A stretch of DNA of 53,565 nucleotides from Azolla caroliniana. Taxonomy: Eukaryota > Plantae > Polypodiophyta. Positions within the stretch are counted from its first letter, which is position 1. Each line of letters starts with the position of its first letter. The stretch is taken from positions 1-53,565 of the forward strand of contig JBHGNT010000205.1 of assembly GCA_043228905.1 (NCBI GenBank). Reading direction: 5' to 3'. The position numbers and the translations under genes are program-made. The notes beneath the pieces are model-generated. The model was not told the DNA's origin and did no database searches. It saw nothing but the letters and a program-made list of their open reading frames with translations. Shown here piece by piece: positions 24,501 through 38,100 of this stretch.

Positions 24501-27113
24501 AACCGAGGAGACGGTTCACGCACAAAGAGAAGGGGAAGAAGAAGATGCCAGAATACGAAACCGGCAACGTTGAGTCAGATCGGAGCTAATCCGACTCCGG
24601 AAAGGATGAAGGCAATCTTCGGGAACGAAGTCCACCTTGGCCAAGAAGGGCCCCAAACCAGGTAATACCAAGTTACGCCAGTCTCGCCTGAAGAACATCG
24701 TTACACGGTACGGGTACAATAACTACATGGCACATCATTATGTGTTCATGACTAAGGTGGCGGAAGTGCGTGAGCCGGAGAGCTATGCAGAAGCGGCAAA
24801 GGACGCAAATTGGCGTGCCGCTATGGAGGAAGAAATGCGGGCACTAGATGCCAACGCCACATGGGACCCAGTTGACCCTCCCCGACACTATAAACCGATC
24901 GGCTGCAAATGTTGATGGTTCTGTTAACCGGTACAAGGCCTGGTTAGTGGTGAAGGGATATGCACAGAACTAGGGAATCGATTACGACGGGACCTTCACC
25001 CCGGTAGCGAAGACGACGACGGTTCATGTGGTACTGGCGGTTGCTGCGGCAAGGGGGTGGCATCCTCACCAGATGGACGTGAAGAATGTGTTTCTTCAAG
25101 GTGACCTTGAAGAACGAGTCTATATGATCCAACCTCCCGGTTTTCAGTTGGAGATGAACAAGTCGGCGGTGTGCCAGCTCAAGAAGTCGCTTTACGGTCT
25201 GAAAAAAGCCCCCCAAGCTTGGAATGCGAAGATCACGCATCGGTTGCGTAAGATGGGGTTTGTGACCTTTAAATCAGACTCGTCGTTGTTCATCCAGCAA
25301 GGTCTAGACAGTCTGGTTTGCATCCTACTTTATGTTGATGACTTAGTCATCACCGGACCCGGACTCAATGAAATCGGCTGAGTAAAGTCCCAGTTGTCAG
25401 ATGCATTTAAAATGAAGAACCTAGGGGACCTTCATTATTTTCTTGGGATCGAGGTGATCTGAATCCCCAATGGCATATTGCTCTCACAACGACACTATGT
25501 CTTGAATATGCTGTACAAGTTCAGTATGACGGAGTGTCGACCTGTCTCCACACCCCTGAACCGGAACCAAAAGCTTTGTCCCAACTCCGAACTGGCCTGC
25601 GATGAGCAACAGTTCCGACAAATCGTCGGAAGCCTGATATACTTGACGATCACTCGACCCGACCTCTGTTACTCGATCGGAGTGATCAGCCAGTTCATGT
25701 AGAAACCGACCGTCGAGCACCTTCAGTGCGCACACCGGATACTCCGGTATGTGAGCGGCACGAAGGACCGAGGATTGTTATACTGGCATGGTATAACTGA
25801 AGAACTAGTCAGATATACAGATGCCAACTGGTTCGGTGATGCATCGGATCGCCAATCCACCTCCGGTTACATGTTTTCTCTAGGTAGCGCGATTGTTGCG
25901 TGGAGCAGCAAAAAGCAGCCAACAGTGGCTCTGTCGAGCACTGAGGCTGAATAGCGAGGTGCTACCAATGCTACCTATGAAGCCATCTGGCTTTAGCGAC
26001 TGCTGCAAGACCTACAGATTGAGGTCCCGACCCCAATCCTGATCTAATGTGACAACATGAGTAGCATTCACCTCAGCAAGAACCCCGTATTCCATGCTCG
26101 GACGAAGCACATAGAAGTCCACTATCACTTTGTGCGTGAGCGGGTTTTGAGCGATGAAGTAGAACTTAGGTATGTTCAGACGGATCGGCAAATTTCCTAT
26201 ATCTTCACCAAACCGCTCGGATCGGATAAGTTGTAGCACTTCACCGAAATGCTTGGTGTTCAGCATCTCGACGTGCCGCACTTGAGGGGGAGAAAAGGAA
26301 AGGGAACGGATGGCACCAGAAAAGGAGCCGGAGAGGAAGAAAGAACCAACAAAGGGGGAGACAAGAGGAAAACGGAAGTCGAGCCGACCGAAGAAGTTGG
26401 CACATCCGAAAAGGTGGGAACAAGCGGCGTCGGCGGTAGAGTCAAGAAAGATAGAGCCGACCGGAAGAAAACGGCCAAGACCCGGACGTGGTCTGGTGTG
26501 GTCAAGGTGCACAGAACCAAAAGGGTTGCGGCAAACAAGACCGGACTGGACGAGGAACGCGGGCGAGGCGGAGCAACGCCAGAAGGAGCCGGGTAGAAGA
26601 ATCGACTATCGTGGACACTAACACCACGATCTGACCTCAAGTTGAGCTTGAGGGGGAGTGTTGAGCGAGCGAGCAAGCTCAACCGGAGCCAGATCGGCTG
26701 AATAAGCCTGAGCCAGATCGGCATCCGGAAGGATGAGCCAGATCGTTATCCGAATGGTATCCGAAAACAACCGGTCGGATCGGAGTGTTGGATTCGAGCG
26801 GGAACTGGACGCCTAGTAGTAGCCTAGACTACTAGGTAATCATTGTCTCGTAGTTAGTGTCAATCGCACTTGTGAGCATTGAAGTACCTGTCAGTACTTC
26901 TATCAATCCTTTATGGACTTGTATAAATAGTGTTGTTTAGCACGTTGTATCTACAAAGTCTTAGAGTTAATTTTGTGAATATAGGTTTATGTTCTACTCT
27001 CCTCTCTCTGTCTTCTCTATGTTTGAAGCTTTTCCATTAAACGTTCATCTCATTTTCTATTGCTATCCAGCTAAGCCGGTTCTATCTGACACTTCCGCAA
27101 ATTAGCATTCACA
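21544..27113 (+). mobile_element. Full-length Ty1/Copia LTR retrotransposon, degenerate
   Basis: LTRs 21544-21956 and 26659-27113 (TGTTG...TCACA); TSD CTTTC/CTTTG (one mismatch); Met PBS TGGTATTAGAGC 21957-21968; PPT GAGGGGGAG 26650-26658. Confidence 0.97.
22064..26290 (+). pseudogene. gag-pol: Copia gag-PR-IN-RT-RH polyprotein with multiple stops
   Basis: WYVDSGASNHMT (PR); LRSDGGKEY and QNGVAERKN (IN); QMDVKNVFL and LYVDD (RT); YTDANW and ALSSTEAE (RH). Confidence 0.92.
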
Positions 27114-28156
27114 CTTTGTAAGAAAATGTTTTCGGACATTTCAAACTCTTTCCACATAGATTTAGGGATGCTACCACCCCATATTTCCACCCCATAGAGA
27201 AGAATCGGTTTCACCAAAGTGTGGAAAAGATATTTCTTGAAGACCCAACACTTAATATCTCCAAGATTACATGTGTTCTCAAATGCATAGTATGCTCACT
27301 TACCCGCCTCTAAGCGGCGTGTAGCACCTTCATTCCATCTATGATTTGAAGGAACTTCAAGGCCAAGATATTTGAAGCTTTCCACACATTCAAGTGGCTC
27401 ATTTTTGTACATAATGCATGGTTTATCTCTTTTTTGGCTCTTCACAAGCATAATCTTTGTTTTAGAGCTATTGACAGTTAATTTAGTATGCATGCAAAAT
27501 TTTTCCAATCCCTTCATAAGCTTTTATGCATCTCCTAAAGTATTTGCAAAAAGCATTACATCATCTACATATAGCAAAAGCATAATCACAACATTCCCAA
27601 TGGCAACTTCTTCAACACATGCTTTCTTTACAAACTTGGTAACCATTTCTTCCAATTGATCAATGCATAAACCAAATAGTATTGGTGAGAGTGGGCATCC
27701 TTGCTTAACACCAATAGTGCTTTTGAAATTTTTTGAAAGTTTATCTGTCATGCGCACACAACATATAACCTTCTCATAAATTCGGGAAATTGCAAGCATA
27801 TATTCAGTTGGCACCTCAAGTTCTTCCATTAGGCTCCAAAGATGCTCATGAGGTACCATATCAAAAGCTTTCTTGAAGTCTACAAAGCAACAATATAAAC
27901 CTTTACCTCTAAGACGACTTTCCTCCATTAATACTCAAAGGGTGACAAGATGATCAATGGTGCTATAGTGTTTTTGAAAGCCAACTTGTCCATAAGCTCT
28001 CTTACCATTTTTTTCAGCCCATACACTTATATTTATTATACATCCAAACAGTTTTGCCATTAATGAGCTAACCATGATGGTTTGATAGTTGTTTACATCT
28101 CCACCTTTATGTAAAGGTTTGATCTAATTTGTAGTCCAATCGTACCGCATACCATG

Positions 28157-28384
28157 TTACTAACACATACTTCAATGCTCATAAATGAGGATCTGACACT
28201 AACAACCTAAAATATTCCTATTACTAAGAATAGGAATATAGGCCCTAACGGCTTGTCGACTCCACGCTAATCCGACCTAGCCAATCGACCTAAGTCCGAT
28301 TTGGTCCTTGGCTTCTTCAGTTGATCTGGGCCTATTCGATTGACGTTCGTTCAATCCGGCCCATGTTGAGCTTGTCTCTCAACA
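28157..28384 (-). repeat. Truncated Copia LTR related to the 21544 family
   Basis: Minus strand begins TGTTGAGAGACAAGCTCAAC (compare TGTTGAGTGAGCAAGCTCAAC) and shares GTTAGTGTCAG...GAGCATTGAAGTA; cut off by the LINE 5' end. Confidence 0.65.
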
Positions 28385-29653
28385 TCGGTTTTCTAGGTCC
28401 CATAGCCCGTATACTCTACCTAAGGCCCTACCCCTAAATCTTACAAGTGTGTGGGCTGTGATAATCGGGATCGACGAGAAATAGATTAGGCAAAGAACGT
28501 GCACTCAATTTCATCGATAGTAGGAAATATGAATCCTTCTTTTCTTATATTTAAAAATGATATAAACATGTCTAGTTTTAGGATGTTGTTAAATGCAACA
28601 CATTCCAGTATGGAAATATTCCTAAATTTTAGGAAGCATTACTAGACCTTGTAGTTAGCAATGCATGTTATCTATGTTGTGTAGTGGTGCCTTTTAGGGA
28701 ACCAAGGAACATTGATAATGTGCCTTTTTTGTAGTAGTGTTGGCTTTGATCAAAACTTGTGGAATAACTACTTTCTCAAACATATTGATATTAGGAGAAT
28801 GTTGTTTGGTTTTTTTTGGGTAGATGGAAGAGAATTGAGTGTACTTGTGAACCTTTCTCTTGTGATGTTTTTCGATGCCTCATCAGACTAGCAAACCGTA
28901 TTTTCATTGTTAGCATTAGTATTAGTTGAAACAATTAAATCACTCGCAAGTTTGACAAGTACGGATGATCTTTGAGAGGACTATACATTAAGAAATGAGG
29001 TATGATCAAATCCATTGAATTAGTGATAACATAGAATGTTTAGAAGATGAAAACATTAAAATTGAAACTCAACATGCGCTATTAATATGAATTCAAAGTT
29101 TTTGGCATCTTCATGACTACCACTTGGTCATGTCATCATGCAAACATTAAACAACAAACATAACAAGGATATTGCTGACCATGATCGTTTGACATAGTTA
29201 GACCTATTTTATGATGACGTCGTGCTATTGCGAATATACCGTTGAAGTATACAACTTCACCATCTCATACTTTTGTTTGTTGTAGGGACACAAGGTTTGT
29301 TTGATGGCAGGTGGCTATTGTGGTTTTACACTAGGGGACAACGATAGAAATGGTACTTGCAACATGATTCACCAATAAAATCACACATTTTTAATGGTTC
29401 TCATTCCTTTGCTCTAGATAGATCAAGGAGGATGTCACGCAAGATATAAACATGAAACTAACTTTAGAATCGCAAAGTGGAGGAGGACAACACAACATTG
29501 GTTTGAAGGTAGAGGACAAAGAACCCATTAGTTAGCTACATGAAGTGTTTGTTATTTATTCGGAAGCACAGACGTTGCCAATCATGGCCAAGGTCATATT
29601 GTCGTCAATGAAGAACGAGCTGAAACCATGAGAAATCACTAGACTGGATGGAG

Positions 29654-29658
<5 letters not shown>

Positions 29659-29697
<39 letters not shown>
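29659..29697. repeat. (GA)n microsatellite
   Basis: Direct reading. Confidence 0.9.
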
Positions 29698-29699
<2 letters not shown>

Positions 29700-29952
29700 A
29701 TAACGCAACTTTCTTATCATTAGGCATAAAACGTCAGAATGTTTGGAAAACATCGAGAAGAAGAAGGGGGATTAAGGTTTAGGTTTGGCAGGGAAAGGCC
29801 ATTCCATTAAAGTGACTGCACAAGAAACGATATGGATAGATATATATGCATCTGCGTCTGCGTCTGTGTCTGGTGTGAGTGTGGGTGTGTGTGTGGGTGT
29901 GTGGGGGTGTGTGTGTGTGTGTGTGTGGAAGTGAGAGTGAGATAGTAGAGGC

Positions 29953-30356
29953 CTAGTAGGCAGGGGCATCGAATGCCCAGGAGTAGAGGACGGCGCCCTC
30001 CACCAAAGCCCCAGTAGAGGCGGAGATACCCACGTAAATGGGCTGGCCATGAGCGAAGATGGAGGAGAGGTCGTAAGTAGAAACGAGGAGGGGTGGGCGA
30101 GAGGTGGGGGTTTGGTAGCACGCACTATTACTCTGGCTACAGTTGTCCAGCCACACGCGGATCTCATGATTATGGGATGCATCATACTCAATCCACGCCC
30201 GGAATGTATCGCCACCATACAAGTAGTAGGGAGATTCGGAGTCTGATGTATCCACCGTCGCGATCGATGCCTGCACGCATCCCACCCCACCCCACCCCAC
30301 AAAAAATGAATGAACAACATTAGGCATGTGCCACCGGATTTAAGCAAGTAAAGCGT

Positions 30357-30406
<50 letters not shown>

Positions 30407-30483
30407 TGAAATCGCATCGCTCTGTCCATTTCTTCAACCGGAATAATTTAAAACCGCAACTCTAGTAGTGTGCATGTTGATGT

Positions 30484-30518
<35 letters not shown>

Positions 30519-31075
30519 ACTACAGTGTTGATGTCGATGCCGATGTGGGAGGCGCTGGGATCGTAGCTATTCTTGAACGTGTCGAACTCCACGGCAAAGA
30601 AGCGTTCATTTGACGATGAAATGTAACGATTGTCTATGCCAAGGAATTCGCCCTCGCCGCCGGCTGGCACTGCTAAAGTGGGCGACATGAAGAAAGCCAA
30701 TCCATCGGCAGCACCACCGAATGAAGCAGCGTGTTCCGTCACCAACTCAAACGTAAACTGCGTCCGGAAGCTAGCAGCCTTCCCGGACCATCCCACTAAC
30801 AGGGGCTCCTTGTATACCACCCTCCCGATGAGATTGCGGAGGTTGTCCGCATTAATGCGCGTGTCGGGTGTGAGCCAGATGGAAGAGCATTCGGCGGATA
30901 GTGTCGCATTCTCCTGGAAGATAAAATCATCGGAATTGGCGAAAGAGAGGCTTTGGAAATGAATCCCCGGGGCTGCAGCATGAATGCTGGGCATGATGGA
31001 GGGGAGTACAACAAAGAGAGATGAGAAAACAAGTGCTGCCTGGCTCAAAAATAATGGACGCATCGAGATGGCCAT
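29953..31075 (-). CDS. Secreted legume (L-type) lectin, 2 exons: 31075-30521 and 30270-29953, 290 aa
   Basis: Hydrophobic signal peptide; Lectin_legB motifs GRVVY, SFRTQFTF, ADGLAFF, GEFLG, AVEFDTFKNSYDPSASHIGIDIN, AWIEYD, YVGISASTG and SWAF; phase-0 intron GTAAGT (30520) ... TGCAG (30271) joins INTV to ASIATVD in frame; stop at 29953. Confidence 0.92.
30271..30520 (-). other. 250-bp GT-AG intron with two (TAG)n microsatellites
   Basis: Consensus donor and acceptor; (CTA)n tracts at ~30358-30405 and ~30484-30517 on the plus strand. Confidence 0.88.
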
Positions 31076-31273
31076 TATTAACTAGGTAGGGCAATTTTAG
31101 TACAAGAGAGAAACAATGTAGCAGACTGACGAGCAGTAGCAGTAGCAGTAGTAGTAGTATAGTAGTAGTAGTGCTGGCTGCTGCTACTGAGTGTAAGTGA
31201 CTGAGTGTGCTGCTACTGAGTGTAAGTGAGTGAGTGAGTGAGTGTGTGATTATACATATGTGTGTTTGTAAGC

Positions 31274-31281
31274 ATTTATAA
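31274..31281 (-). promoter_or_regulatory. Candidate TATA box of the lectin gene
   Basis: TTATAAAT about 200 bp upstream of the ATG, ahead of a CACT/CTA-repeat leader. Confidence 0.4.
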
Positions 31282-34200
31282 CAATGAATTGCTGATTTCT
31301 TAATCGCAGCTTACTTTTTGCACGTCCATGAGAACGTGCACATTTCTTTATCTACTTAGTATTGCATGTATGTACATATGTATTTTATAATGGATGCCTT
31401 CCCGCCCTCGTTTGTGCTGTTAACTCCTGCCTCACTCAATGCATTCACTAATGGGGAACACAAAGGCTCATGCATGCTCTTTCTTTACACATTCATTGAT
31501 CCTCCCAATCACCCGAGTGCACATTCCAATTACGGAAACGTTGCACTTTATCTCGTAGCTAGTAGTTTATTCCTGTTATGTCGCTCCAAAGTCATTGCGA
31601 CTGATCCGATCGCTTACTATTTGTGGATTCCTAAATTCGTACACAATTTGATTTACTAGCTTGCTGAGATTGCTTAGTTGTTATGTGGATTCCTAAACAC
31701 ATAAATCTTTTAGAAAAGACTCTAGAATCACTTTTCATCATCTTCCATGATGTCATCCTGCGAGTTTGGAAAACCTTCATCTAAAGAGAAATTACAAATA
31801 CATGATTGCCACTCTAGACATGGCTTTGTTGCGAATGTATATATAGCTACATGGAATCATGACGGATTTCCCATATGTCATTTGATGTATACTGAAAATT
31901 CCAATGTTTGATTGTTTGGACATGCAACACATTTTGTTGGGTATGTAGATTTCAATATTGCCAACCATGTGAAATTATTAGAACCAAATGCTTTTACTAA
32001 TGTCACATTAGCAATCACGAGATGTTGGTTAGTCTACGAAACCAATGGTTGCCTATAGCAAAGAACATTTTATTAGGTTTGCATAGTATTGATCAATAAT
32101 AACTTCTTCCAAAAAACAATGAGGTCACCCAATCTATTGTTCGGTAAGAGTTTCTAGTGTGGAAGGAAATGTGTCACCTTGGTGATTTGATCGTCCACTG
32201 TGAGAATGGTATCAAAAGCCTTGGAAATCAGGACTCACAAAAGCAAGCTAAAGTTGTATCAAAACCATATTGACAATGTTTAGGCATCGTAGATAACCAA
32301 TACATCACAAGTATGAAGATAGTCCTGAAGATTGAGCCACCAATACTTTCATGCAACCAATATGGTTGTCTTATGGAGTGCAAAATGTCCATCCACGCAT
32401 GCATCATGGTACTACTATAAGATTCAAAGAAAAAAAGCCATATAAAAAAGTAAACTTGTTAAGTCAAACTAATCATAACATTTTACGAGAATTCTTAGAT
32501 TTTGAGTAGGAAACACATTCTAGAATAATATGATTGAACTAGTTTGGTGTGAGAACATTTTATCACATCGATCAAACTAAAACATGTAAGAAATTGCAAC
32601 AAACAAACATTTTGTTGACTCCAGCCTCAAGCATTTTGGAGGAATATGAGGTGCATGTATTCATTACTGAATTAATTTTGGTGTGGAGAACCATCAAAGA
32701 GCCGATGTCACTATTTAGTAGCATCCATAATATTGGCTGAAATCTCGTTGTCACGGACTTAATAATTAAGTTTTGGAACTTCAAATTGTTGCAAATGGAA
32801 GGTCATTTGATGTAGTTGTGAGTCATTCGTGATTTGCAAAATTGCAAAACCAAAGGCAAAATTAAATGCATCAAACTCCATGATAAAGAGCTAAATTGAG
32901 TTTGCACCCACCAGAATGGGGATTTGTATCTACCAAATAACTTGAAAAGAATAATTCTTCTCTATAGCTCATGAGAGGGGACACATGATAATGGAGTACT
33001 CTTCGATGAAACGTGATAAAAACACTACCTTTTATACCGTAAATGTGGCATCAATCCGTGATAATTTGAATTTTTTTTGAATACATATCTCTAATCGATA
33101 TATTTCCACCATATATCCTTGAAACTCCTCTAGACTAAGGTCAAAACTACAATATCTCTAATCAATGCATAAACGTCATGTAACCATCATCATATAACTT
33201 TACGAACATGGCCATCCTACTCTATATCACTTTTCATACAAATAAAAATTTCATCCACATAAACTATCATGACGATGTTGAGGAACTTTCGGAAAACATC
33301 ATTTTCCATAACCAAAACTCCCCTCATAACCAAAACTCCCCTCCGTTATGTATGGAGGTTCCATATCATTGGTATTAGGTAACATGGTAAACCCTCCATT
33401 TCTAGATACCAAAAGTTGATATCAATCCCTATAAACAATTTACACATACACATACACATACACATAAATTCATGCATCAACATAAATATATACACATTCA
33501 TCAACAAGCATACACATACACACATTGATGCAAATAGACTTATACAATTATACTCATAGATATATATGATATTTACCAATTACACAAGCACACACAGACA
33601 CACTCACACATATACAAATATACATAATTATACATTGTTACATTCATGTCCACTACAACATTCATACGCATCGATATATACAATTACATAGTAAGCATAC
33701 ATTCATATAATCATACACACTAAAATCATTTTCATGTGTTGTAGGTAAATATGGAGTTGTACTTTGAGTAATTACCATCAACCATCCCAACTCTTCTATT
33801 CTTTGTAGAGAATTTCATGATGATGTTGGGCTATACAAAGGCAGATATAACATCATGCATGGCTCTCTTACGAAAACTCAAGTACGATAACCTTTATAAA
33901 TGTGTTAGCCAATTACAACATTGTTAGAGTTATGATCTAAAGTAAGCATATGGTAAGGATAAAAGATAGATAGATAAAAAGGAGAGAGAGAAAGAAGGGT
34001 GCCAATCGAGGCTCAAGTCCGTCTCGATCCCTTTGCTCAGGGGTGGTCGGGTGGATCGACACCCTTCTTCTAAAGTGAAACCGATGCAAGCGATTATGCT
34101 ATAGGTGTTGTCTTATATCAAGATGGTAAACCAATAGCATTCGAGAGTAAGAAACTTGATTATGCTCAATGTCGGTATACCGTTCAAGAAAAGGTGTTAT

Positions 34201-35143
34201 TTGCAGTTATACATGCGCTCAAAACATGGCGCCATTATCTTTATGGAAATCGTTTTGTGGTAACTACGGACCACGAGTCCTTGAAATATTTTTGTGACCA
34301 ACAAGACCTGAAAGGTCGTAAGGCACGATGGGCTGATCTCATCTAGGACTTTGATTTTTCCATACGATATCATAAAGGTTTCATGAACATTGTCGTTGAT
34401 GCACTAAGTCGCAACCCTGAAGTTAACATGCTTAGCTTCACTAAAAAATCTTCAGATCTTTATGATCACCTTCGAGGAAAGTATCCCGATGATAGTTATT
34501 TTGCAACATACTGGGCAAGAGTTGAGTCTGGAACAGACACCACCACATCCTCGAAGGAATCCTTCCACATTGCTAACGGTCTACTCTACCATAATGGTTG
34601 TAGGGAATGAACAAAGCCATCAGTGCGGAAGAGATCACACAGTATGAATCTGTGAGGAAGAAATACCTGCGTATGAGAGAGGCAAGAACAAGATACGTAC
34701 ACAGAGAGAGAGAGAGAGAGAGAGGCACAAAGCATATATCTATATTCATAAAAAAGGGGCAACAGTTACAACAATGAACAACCAATATTTACAAAAGGTT
34801 ACAAAGTCACTTTATATAGTGACTCACATAGGGCAACTGCCCTTTATGTTATTTACAGAAATAGCCTGAACATTAAGCAGAATATGTAGCACATAGTGGC
34901 TCTCTAAGAGAATAGTGTGAATACGTCCATTATACATTTGTATTCGACACTCCCCCGTAATGGGCGTATACATGGGTTATCTAAAAAATATAGGTATAGG
35001 CATAGGTTCTCAGACAGTTCGGTTTTGTTCGAATCGGCCTAATCCGTAGACAGAAGACCGAACTGGTCGGGTCGGAAAAGCTGAAGCCGATCGTCAGTGA
35101 ACCGATGTCTGTTGTCCGAAACCATCCTGCGCTATGTCCAGCT

Positions 35144-38100
35144 TCAACCGGACTGATATGTTGTTACGCCCATCTGTTGCCGAAGAGACCGGAACCGGTC
35201 TGCCGAAAGACACTTGGTCATTCCGTCTGTGACATTGTCGGTTGTGGATATCTTCTCTAAACCGATTTTCCCGGAAATGACGTAGTCCCGAATGAAGTGA
35301 TATCGAACTTCGATATGCTTGGAGGCGTTGTGATGAACCGGACTGTCCACATAGCCGGCGAAGTCTGAGTCGGTGTAACCGGCTATGCCTGAAGTTGAGT
35401 TCGGACCGAAAAGGATGCCGTGGTCTTTTGTGCCAACTAAATATCTGAACACATGCTTGACTGCGTTGTCGTGATGTGGCATGTCTAGTGCGAGAAAAAG
35501 TCAAAAATTCAGGATCCACACACATTTCACGAATACTTGTAAAAATGAAAATAAATAAACCTAGGTCACAATGGCATTGAGTGCATGTAGAGGGTTGCAA
35601 ATAGGATTTGAACCTTGCACCTCTAAGATAAGAGGCAATTACCTTACCACTAAAGCTACTACTAAGTCCTTTAGATATTCTATATTTCTTTCTCATATTC
35701 AGTATTCCATAGGAAACAAACGTACAAAACCGTGTACACAAAACCACGGTTTTAAGCCCATGGTTTTCTGCATGTCACAAAGCAAAACTGTGTGCACAGA
35801 AACCATGGCTCCAAGCCCATGGTTTTGTGCATGGACAAACCTATAAAACCCCTAGTACGGCTTGTGTAAAGGGGGGGGGCTCAATATGATATGACCATCA
35901 TCATAACCATCAATAATATAAGCTTCTATTTCTTCTTCTTCGCATCTATCTTGTAATTATTTATCTACTTCTCAAAGTGTACAATCTTCAATCTTCTCAA
36001 GTGTAATAGGTCTTCCTCCAATCTTACATTCACATCGTCCTCTTCTCAATACCTTGATGGACATCCTCCTTGGTCCAAGACCCCGGTGGTCCCGCTCAAG
36101 CGAAGCACACTCGCACGCACATCTTCGCGACATTTTTTGGTGAACCCGAGGTGAAGAGCGGTAGGGGAGGATGAAGCTGGACGAGGAATATCTAATGAAG
36201 GCAATGTCAAAGATGATGATGGAGTTGTCAAGAGAAGGGAAAACACAACATGCGGCCCAACAAGCCGTCTAAAGCATGATCAAGCGAGTCGGATTTTTCG
36301 ATGGAGGCAAAGTCCAAAAATTTCTAAAGGCCTACAATGCCGAAATGGATTCAAGAGGAGTGGAGGAAGCGATGAGGCTGGAGTACTTTTGTCGAGTGGT
36401 GGCCGAACCGATCTTCGAAGAGATTAAAGAGATTCAAAAAACTCACGATTCGTGGGTGTCCTTCAAAGAAGCTTTACGAGAATCATATGGTTACGAAGAG
36501 CAAAAGGGACGAGGTCTGTATGAGTTTCACGAATGGGTGTCATCGAGAAAGACCCACCAGAGTGCTATGCATGCATTCGTTGAGTTTGAGTATCGCTTCG
36601 CTCAACTCTCGGACCGGGATCGAAGATTGGTGGGGGTGAATAAAGCTCTGATGTTTGTAAAGTCAATCGATCTGAATGAAAGGAAGGCCATTGGAATCCA
36701 ACTAGAGGATGACAATGGTGAAAATGGCCTCACTGAGGATTGGGCCAAAGTGGAAAGGGTATGCCAGTGCGATCGGTCGGGATTGTGCATAAATCTGCTG
36801 ATGACTCCTACGGCGTGAGAAATATCAGGCCGTGTCGCGACCATCGCGTACATTAGAGAGCCTACTGCCGGTGCATACGGTACCGACTTCATGTCTTCCC
36901 CCTCCAGACCGGATGTCAGACAGTCTCGCTGAGAAAGCCGAAGATGAACGGGGAGCGGGGTCGAAGCAGACTTGGCCGATCGCATGTTGAAGTGTTCCAA
37001 GACACGTCCGATGTAGTCGGTTTGAGACAGAAAAAGCTGTCTTTTGGCGCGATTCCAACTAATCTTCATTCCGAGTATGTGTCTTGCCAAACCGAGGTCC
37101 TTCATGGCAAACTTCAATCGCAGTTTCCGAACGAGTTCGGTGAGCTCTCCGGTATGCCGACCGGAGAGTAGCATGTCGTCCACGTAGATGATGAGGAAGA
37201 CGGGAGAACCGTCTTGAGCTGTTTTGGTGAAGAGGCAGTGGTCCTCATCACTCTTGGAGAAGCCTACCGATTGGATGAAATCGTCGAACTTCTTGTACCA
37301 CTGTCGGGGTGCCTGTTTCAGGCCGTAAAGACTCTTCCTGAGTCGGCAGACTAGATGTTCCTGACCGGTGGCCACAAAGCCTTTCGGCTGCTCCATGTAG
37401 ATTTCCTCCTTTAGATCAACGTGGAGGAATGTCATTTTCACATCTACCTGAATCAGCTCCAAATTGTCGGCAACCACAACACCGAGCATGAAACGAAGGG
37501 TTATCATTTTCACCACTGGTGAAAAGATTTCGTCAAAGTCGACGCCATATTCTTGTCGAAATCCCTTCGCAACTAATCTGGCCTTGTACTTTGGGGTGGT
37601 CGAGTCGGACGTCTCCTTAGTCTATACACCCACTTGCAAGGAAGAGCACGTCGATTCTTCGGTAAATCGACCAGATCCCAAGTCTTGTTGGCGCAGATGG
37701 AGTGCATTTCCGACTCCATTGCCAGATGCCAGGTGGCTGAATCGGCAGCTGCCGATGCTTCTTCGTAGGACGTTGGTTCGCCGGCGTTGGTGAAGAAAAT
37801 TCCGGGACAGTACCTCTCCGGAGGTTGCGACAGTCTCTCGGATCTTCGAGGTAAGACTGGACTGGTCGCACCGGGTGTTGATGTCGGATGGTCGGAAGCC
37901 GAGCCATTCGGCTGTGTCGAATCTGTGGATTCGGTGCGAGAGAAGTCGGTTACCCGTGAAACCGGTCTCATGTTGTGTGTTGGGCTGTCATGAAGGGTTG
38001 GCACTTCAGAAAATATTACCCTTCGGACTTCAATAGGCCTTTCGGCTGTCTTGTGCATAGTCGACTCGTTGAACACGACGTTCGAACTTCAGACGATTTG

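Larger units (their letters stand above)
20720..28156 (-). mobile_element. 5'-truncated LINE (RTEX-like ORF2), interrupted by Copia 21544-27113
   Basis: RT motifs CFVDFKKAFDMV, GVKQGCPLSP, LLYVDD and FKYLG (27296-27928); C-terminal RLNSHALQCETGCW...CTLC...HTLIQC (20753-21244); (ATCT)n tail at ~20698-20720. Confidence 0.9.

Noticed and set aside
26249-26621. Env-like ORF at the Copia 3' end
   Set aside because: Short, low-complexity charged sequence with no transmembrane segment; best treated as 3' UTR or tail.
28400-29950. Transmembrane/kinase exons that would make the lectin a LecRK
   Set aside because: No kinase motifs or suitable ORFs downstream on the minus strand; exon 2 ends in a stop right after the domain.
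29772-30520. ORF 29772-30437 (poly-Val) and the poly-Ser tail of ORF 30434-31075
   Set aside because: Translations of intronic (TAG)n microsatellites and an alternative frame of lectin exon 2.
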